DNA of 64,000 nucleotides from Ostreococcus lucimarinus (lineage: Eukaryota). Both the position numbers and the translations under genes were made by a program. The notes below the pieces were generated by a model. It was not told where the DNA came from and did not search any database. It saw only the letters and a list, made by a program, of their open reading frames with translations. Position 1 is the stretch's first letter. Every line of letters begins with the position of its first letter. The stretch lies in NCBI GenBank assembly GCA_000092065.1, contig CP000586.1; one strand, given 5' to 3'. This document shows positions 59,030 through 64,000 of the stretch, one piece after another.

Positions 59030-60418
59030 ATGTCGCCGCGCGTCGCGACGTCGACCCTGTCGTGGTGCAAGGCGTATTACTTCTGCAACAGCTTCGGCCT
59101 CGCGTGTTTGCTGCCGTTCTTGCCGCTGTTTTACGCGTCGTGGGGGCTCAGCAAGTCGCGCGTCGGATGGATGGGCGCGACGCGGCACTGCGTCGGCGCC
59201 GTCTTGACGCCGTGCTGGAACGCGCTCGCGGACGCGACGAAGGCGCACAACGCGGTGCACTTCGCGTGCATCGTCGCGCAGGCGCTGGCGTACTTCGCGC
59301 TGGCGCGCGCGAACCACGCGTGGCCGGGGATATGGTGGCGCGTCGTGTTGGCGGAGAGCGCGGCGTGCTGCGTCGGGTCGCTGGGCGATAACGCGACGTG
59401 CTTGATGGTGAAGCGATGGAATCTCGAGCGAGGCGTCGGAGAGGACGACGCGGGAGGGGCGTCGTACGGGAAACAGCGGCTCTGGGGGGCGGTGAGCTGG
59501 GGATTAGTCGCCGCGCCGACGATGGGCGTCATCATGAGCGTCGGCGGGCCGAGGGCGAGAGCGCGCGCGCCGTTCTCGGGATGGTTGATTTTTTTGCTCG
59601 TCTCCGCGATGATCTCGACGAGGTTGAGACACGATCCCGTGGTGAGCGAAAACGCGGACGCGGCGAAAAATGAGCACGAGATGGGTGAGGTCGCCGCGGA
59701 TGAAGTCGTCGGGACGAAGATGTCGCGAAGAATCGCGTCGGCGAACGACTTGCACGCGTCGCAAGATTCAATCGCCGTGCGGTTGTGGCGCGTCGTGCGA
59801 GACCCCGCGGTGGCGCTGCGATTCTTTTTGTTTCTCATGTCGGGCGCGTCGATGACGATCACGGATTTGTATTTGTTTTTATGGCTGGAAGATTTAGGAG
59901 GCACTCCCGCGACGATGGGCGCGGCGCTCTTTTGTACGTGCGTGTGCGAAGTCGCCGTCTTTTACAACGGCGCCAAGATCAAGAAGGCGCTCACGCTGGA
60001 TTGGTGCCTGGCCCTCGTGCCGTTTTGTTACTTCATCAGACAGTTTTACTACTGGCTTTTACCCGCGTTCGGCAATCCCTGGGCCGTTTTGCCGGTGCAA
60101 TTTTTACACGGCGTCACGTTTGGGTTGTACTGGAGCACGGCGAATGATTTCATCCAAGACATAAGTCCGTTCGGGTTGAGCGCGTCCATGACTGGGCTTT
60201 TCAGCGCCGTCAACTCCGCCGGAGGCTTCAGCGGCGCCGTGCTCGGCGGCATGGCGTACGACGCCTTCGGCGGCGGCGGTCTGTTCCTCGGCGTCGGTTT
60301 AATAAACTTGTGCCTGGGCGTGTTTTTCACCGCACTCAAGCTCAGGAGCGATCGCGCGAACGCCGTCGCGTACGTATTACTCGAGAGCGAATCGACCGAA
60401 GAAGCGAACGCCCTTTAG
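59030..60418 (+). CDS. Major facilitator superfamily transporter (MFSD6-like)
   Basis: 12-TM profile. First TM already within the first 40 aa (NSFGLACLLPFLPLFY). The ORF start is therefore only ~12 nt from the divergent neighbour's ATG. Confidence 0.65.
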   Translation: MSPRVATSTLSWCKAYYFCNSFGLACLLPFLPLFYASWGLSKSRVGWMGATRHCVGAVLTPCWNALADATKAHNAVHFACIVAQALAYFALARANHAWPGIWWRVVLAESAACCVGSLGDNATCLMVKRWNLERGVGEDDAGGASYGKQRLWGAVSWGLVAAPTMGVIMSVGGPRARARAPFSGWLIFLLVSAMISTRLRHDPVVSENADAAKNEHEMGEVAADEVVGTKMSRRIASANDLHASQDSIAVRLWRVVRDPAVALRFFLFLMSGASMTITDLYLFLWLEDLGGTPATMGAALFCTCVCEVAVFYNGAKIKKALTLDWCLALVPFCYFIRQFYYWLLPAFGNPWAVLPVQFLHGVTFGLYWSTANDFIQDISPFGLSASMTGLFSAVNSAGGFSGAVLGGMAYDAFGGGGLFLGVGLINLCLGVFFTALKLRSDRANAVAYVLLESESTEEANAL

Positions 60419-60695
60419 CTCTAGATCTTAGTTAGCTCTGTAGACATCGCTAGACGCTAGACCGTAGTCGACCGCTATGCGTACGAGCACACGTAGTGAA
60501 ACTGTCCCTCCACGCGAATGTCGAACGACGAATCGCCTTCGAAGGATTCGAGCGGCATGGCGCGAGGGCGCGTGTGCGGTCGGCGGCGCGTCGTCGGCGG
60601 CGTCGTCGGCGGTGGCGATCTCGGCGGCGCGCGGGCGACGCGCGGCGTCGTGAAGTGTGCTGGAAATGCGTAGTTTACAGAGTACAATCCGAGTG

Positions 60696-61568
60696 TTACA
60701 GAGTGTAATCGTACTCGATCGTCGGAACGACGGACGCGATGAATTTGAGAAAGACGAACATGTAGGAATCGACGCTCGGCGCTTCGCCGCTTTGCGCCCG
60801 CGCGGAATTCACGAGCTTTTTCATCACGCTCGCGTGCTTGCACGGATGAATCGACGCCGACGGCACGCCGGTGTGCGGATGCGGATCGATCGTCACCGTC
60901 TTTTGCGCGTGATCGGCGCTGATGTCTTCCAACGTTTTCGAAGGTTTCAACACCAGTCTGTTTTCGTCGTATCCGTTCAACCACACGCGCGGCGTTTGAT
61001 AGTATTTATCGTACGTGATCGACACGTCGTACGTTCGCGTCTTGACGATATTTTCATCGTCCCTCTCCCCGTTCGCCCCCGCCGCCTCTTTCGCGATCGC
61101 CGTCGCCGTCGGTAAGACCACCGCGTCGTCGTCTTCGTCTTCGTATTCGTCCTCCGCGTCGTCCTCCGCGTCCGCCTCGAGCGTCATCGCCCCCAAATCC
61201 GGGATCGCCTCCATCGTCGCGCCATCGCTCCTCCCGCCCGCCCCCGTCGCGATCCATCCCTCGTCCTCGCCCGTCAGCGCCTCCTCCGCGCCCGCGTACG
61301 CCTCGACGTCTCGCGCTCTTCGCGCGCACGGCACGCGTCGCGTCGTCAGGTACTGCTTCTCCCGCGGCAGGTACGTCCTCGCGCGCGCGCCCTGTCCCGT
61401 CGTCCACGTCCACGTCGGGCACGCGCGCGTCAGCGCGTCCCCCGCGGCGACGAACTCCTCGGGCGTCAGCACGCCCTCGCTCGCGAACGCGCTCGACGAC
61501 CGAATCGGCGTCACCGCCTCCATCGTCGTCTTGTACGCGCCGTGCACCGCGTGTCGCAGCGCGTGCAT
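60696..61568 (-). CDS. ATG3: Autophagy E2-like enzyme ATG3
   Basis: YLPREKQYL. Acidic flexible region. YDVSITYDKYYQTPRVWLNGYDE and catalytic HPC (ASIHPCKHA). Confidence 0.8.
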   Translation of the reverse strand: MHALRHAVHGAYKTTMEAVTPIRSSSAFASEGVLTPEEFVAAGDALTRACPTWTWTTGQGARARTYLPREKQYLTTRRVPCARRARDVEAYAGAEEALTGEDEGWIATGAGGRSDGATMEAIPDLGAMTLEADAEDDAEDEYEDEDDDAVVLPTATAIAKEAAGANGERDDENIVKTRTYDVSITYDKYYQTPRVWLNGYDENRLVLKPSKTLEDISADHAQKTVTIDPHPHTGVPSASIHPCKHASVMKKLVNSARAQSGEAPSVDSYMFVFLKFIASVVPTIEYDYTL

Positions 61569-61871
61569 GGCCGACGTCGTCGCCTCGCGCGTCGCCGCTC
61601 GCGACGCGCGCTGACGACGCGACGCGACGCCGACGCGGCGACGGCGGTCGGTATAATCGACCGCGCACTGACGCCCATACGAAATTCAAAAACCACCGCG
61701 ACGACGACGCGCGCGTCGCCACACGCGCGCGCGAGCGACGCGCGAGCGACGGGACGCGCGACGACGCGCCGCGCGATGACGCCGCGAGCGGTCGCGTCGA
61801 CGCGCGCGACGGGACGCGCGACGACGCGCGGCGCGAAGACGACGCGCGCGCGACGATGGACGGCGGCGCCG

Positions 61872-64000
61872 ATGGGCGCGCGGCGACGCGCGATCGTCTC
61901 GCGACGCGCGAGGGAGACGACGGGACGCGCGACGGGGCACGCGACGGCGAGCAAAGTCGTGGAACACTTTTTTAGGCGACCGTTCGTGTCGGACGAGGCG
62001 TGCGAGACGCTGGTGAGGAAGGTGAACGCGAGGCTGGGGCGAGACGCGGTGGCGCGCGCGGAGACGGAGCAGTGCTTCAACGTGGAGTGCGAGGGAGGGC
62101 TGAGCGACGCGGCGAAGGAGACGCTGACGTGGTTGCTGAGGGAGACGTACGAACCGGAGCTGTTCGGGGCGACGAGCGCGCTGGTGGGCGAGAGTGGATC
62201 GCCGGTGGTGGAGGTGGGACCGAGGTTGGCGTTTCAGAGCGCGTGGTCGACGAACGCGGTGTCGGTGTGTCGATCGTGCGGGTTGGAGAACGTGACGAGG
62301 TTGGAACGGAGTCGGAGGTTTAAGTTGTTTGCGGCGAACGGGGCGAGCGTGGACGAAGAGGCTGTGCGAGTGTTCTCGGCTATGGTGCACGATCGCATGA
62401 CGGAGTGCGTGTACGACGAACCTTTGAAGACGTTTGAATCCAACGTCACGCCTGAGCAAGTGTACACGGTGCCGATCACCACGGAAGGACGCGCGGCGCT
62501 CGAAAGGGTTGACAAAGAGATGGGTTTGGCGTTTGATGACCAAGATTTCGACTTTTACATGCGTTTGTTCTGCGACGAAATCGGTCGAGACCCGACGAAC
62601 GTCGAGCTCTTCGACATGGCGCAGAGTAACTCTGAACACTCCCGTCACTGGTTCTTCTCCGGCGAGCTCACCGTTGACGGGCAAAAGATCGACAAGACGT
62701 TGTTCAAGATGGTGAAGGAAACCATCGAGGGCGATCGCGCGCACAACAGCGTGATCCAGTTCAAGGACAACTCGTCCGCCATTCGCGGTTTCGTCAACAC
62801 GCCGCTGCGACCGGCCAACGCCGGAGGGCCGTCGGCAATGGTGAAGAAGGAGACCGATCTCGATCTTCTTCTCACCGCGGAGACGCACAACTTTCCCTCG
62901 GGCGTTGCGCCGTATCCGGGCGCGGAAACGGGCACCGGTGGGCGCATTCGCGACACGCACGCCACGGGCTGCGGTTCCACTCTCGTCGCCGGTACTGCCG
63001 GTTACATGACGGGTAACTTGCGCTTGGACGGTAAGATCCTTCCTCACGAAGACACCACGGCGGTCTACCCGTCCAACTTGGCGTCCCCGTTGCAAATTCT
63101 CATCGACGCCTCCAACGGCGCCTCCGATTACGGGAACAAGTTCGGCGAGCCGGTGATTTTGGGCTTCTGCCGTACTTTCGGTCAACGCATGCCGAACGGT
63201 GAGCGTCGTGAATACATCAAGCCGATCATGTTCTCCGCCGGTTTCGGTCAAATCGATCACACGAACTTGGAAAAGCAAGAGGGCGACATTGGTATGCTCG
63301 TCGTGAAAATCGGCGGTCCCGCGTACCGAATCGGCATGGGTGGCGGAGCCGCATCGTCCAAGGCTGGTGGCGAAGATGAAGCCAACGCGAGTCTTGACTT
63401 CAATGCCGTTCAACGCGGTGATGCAGAAATGTCCAACAAACTCAACCGCGTCGTGAAGGCGTGCGTCGAACTCATGGGGGAGAATCCGATTTTGAGCATC
63501 CACGACCAAGGCGCAGGCGGTAACTGCAACGTCGTCAAGGAACTCATCTACCCGAAGGGTGGGGAAATCAATATTCGCGAGGTCAAGCTTGGTGATAACA
63601 CGATGAGCGTGCTCGAGATTTGGGGCGCCGAATATCAAGAGAACTCTGCGATGCTGATCAAACCCGAATCCCTCCCTATTATTGAGAAAATTTGCGCCCG
63701 AGAACGCTGCCCGTTCTCTGTGCTCGGTAGCATCAACGGTAGCGGACGCGTCACCGTGCGCGATCCGGATGCCCCGCCGGGTACGCCGACTCCGGAAGAT
63801 CTCGATCTCGAGGCCGTACTGGGTGATGTTCCGAAGAAGAAGTACGATCTCAAGCGCGACGCGCCGCTCAGCTCGAAGTTCGTCATGCCGGCGGGCGAAA
63901 CCGTCGGTTCCGCCCTCGACCGCGTACTCTTACTTCCGTCCGTGTGCTCAAAACGTTTCTTGACCACGAAGGTCGATCGTTCAGTCACTGGTTTGATTGC
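61872..64000 (+). CDS. PUR4: Phosphoribosylformylglycinamidine (FGAM) synthase, large single-chain type, N-terminal part; the gene runs off the window end
   Basis: Frame-0 translation from ATG 61872 (MGARRRAIVSRRARETTG...) through ...GAEYQENSAMLIKPE...CPFSVLGSING... is collinear with eukaryotic FGAM synthase. No stop codon to the window end. Confidence 0.85.
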   Translation, partial: MGARRRAIVSRRARETTGRATGHATASKVVEHFFRRPFVSDEACETLVRKVNARLGRDAVARAETEQCFNVECEGGLSDAAKETLTWLLRETYEPELFGATSALVGESGSPVVEVGPRLAFQSAWSTNAVSVCRSCGLENVTRLERSRRFKLFAANGASVDEEAVRVFSAMVHDRMTECVYDEPLKTFESNVTPEQVYTVPITTEGRAALERVDKEMGLAFDDQDFDFYMRLFCDEIGRDPTNVELFDMAQSNSEHSRHWFFSGELTVDGQKIDKTLFKMVKETIEGDRAHNSVIQFKDNSSAIRGFVNTPLRPANAGGPSAMVKKETDLDLLLTAETHNFPSGVAPYPGAETGTGGRIRDTHATGCGSTLVAGTAGYMTGNLRLDGKILPHEDTTAVYPSNLASPLQILIDASNGASDYGNKFGEPVILGFCRTFGQRMPNGERREYIKPIMFSAGFGQIDHTNLEKQEGDIGMLVVKIGGPAYRIGMGGGAASSKAGGEDEANASLDFNAVQRGDAEMSNKLNRVVKACVELMGENPILSIHDQGAGGNCNVVKELIYPKGGEINIREVKLGDNTMSVLEIWGAEYQENSAMLIKPESLPIIEKICARERCPFSVLGSINGSGRVTVRDPDAPPGTPTPEDLDLEAVLGDVPKKKYDLKRDAPLSSKFVMPAGETVGSALDRVLLLPSVCSKRFLTTKVDRSVTGLI

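Overview
The window is a gene-dense, ~65-70 % GC eukaryotic nuclear region containing about 35 protein genes, one tRNA and two spliceosomal introns. Most coding sequence lies in single uninterrupted ORFs of 0.6-4.5 kb, with divergent and convergent neighbours separated by only 0.1-0.7 kb. The protein content is green-lineage and organelle-oriented: plant-type SnRK1 kinase, an ENH1-like PDZ-rubredoxin protein and a CURT1/CAAD-like domain, alongside plastid/mitochondrial-type proteins (PreP, Twinkle, lipoyl synthase, NOA1 GTPase, LepA/GUF1, malic enzyme, FGAM synthase). My inference is a high-GC, intron-poor green picoalga of the Mamiellophyceae (Micromonas-like) kind; no taxonomy search was possible. 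Very high GC creates many long spurious antisense ORFs; I called genes only where I recognised a conserved protein family or where a lower-GC, domain-like ORF was flanked by UTR-like sequence. In track order the recognisable genes are: P4-ATPase flippase (partial), presequence protease, NOA1/YqeH GTPase, Twinkle primase-helicase, lipoyl synthase, a DUSP phosphatase, tubulin cofactor C, an F-box/zinc-finger protein, a JmjC ribosomal oxygenase (NO66-like), tRNA-Leu(AAG) with a ~96-nt intron, eEF3, a CHD chromodomain remodeler, an amino-acid transporter, DNMT2, an ENH1-like protein, a PRP3 splicing factor (the only spliced gene, 3 exons), SnRK1, malic enzyme, LepA/GUF1, a KH/RGG protein, an MFS transporter, ATG3 and FGAM synthase (partial). 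I found no defence-island or virus-like system. The most interesting unexplained signals are: (1) an oriented ~17-nt motif, CACTGTTTAC(G/C)CATACG, that recurs in five promoters, four of them divergent and the fifth (45210) tail-to-head downstream of the 42566-45118 gene's 3' end; one copy sits in a 2.3x tandem 70-bp repeat rich in ACGT cores and another in a GTAC-core cluster; (2) a candidate box C/D snoRNA in PRP3 intron 2; (3) a CAAD/CURT1-like membrane domain fused to ~450 aa of histone-H1-like basic repeats; (4) an unusually long tRNA-Leu intron with a perfect 10-bp GC hairpin. Coordinates of features not taken from the ORF track were counted by hand and may be off by a few nt.
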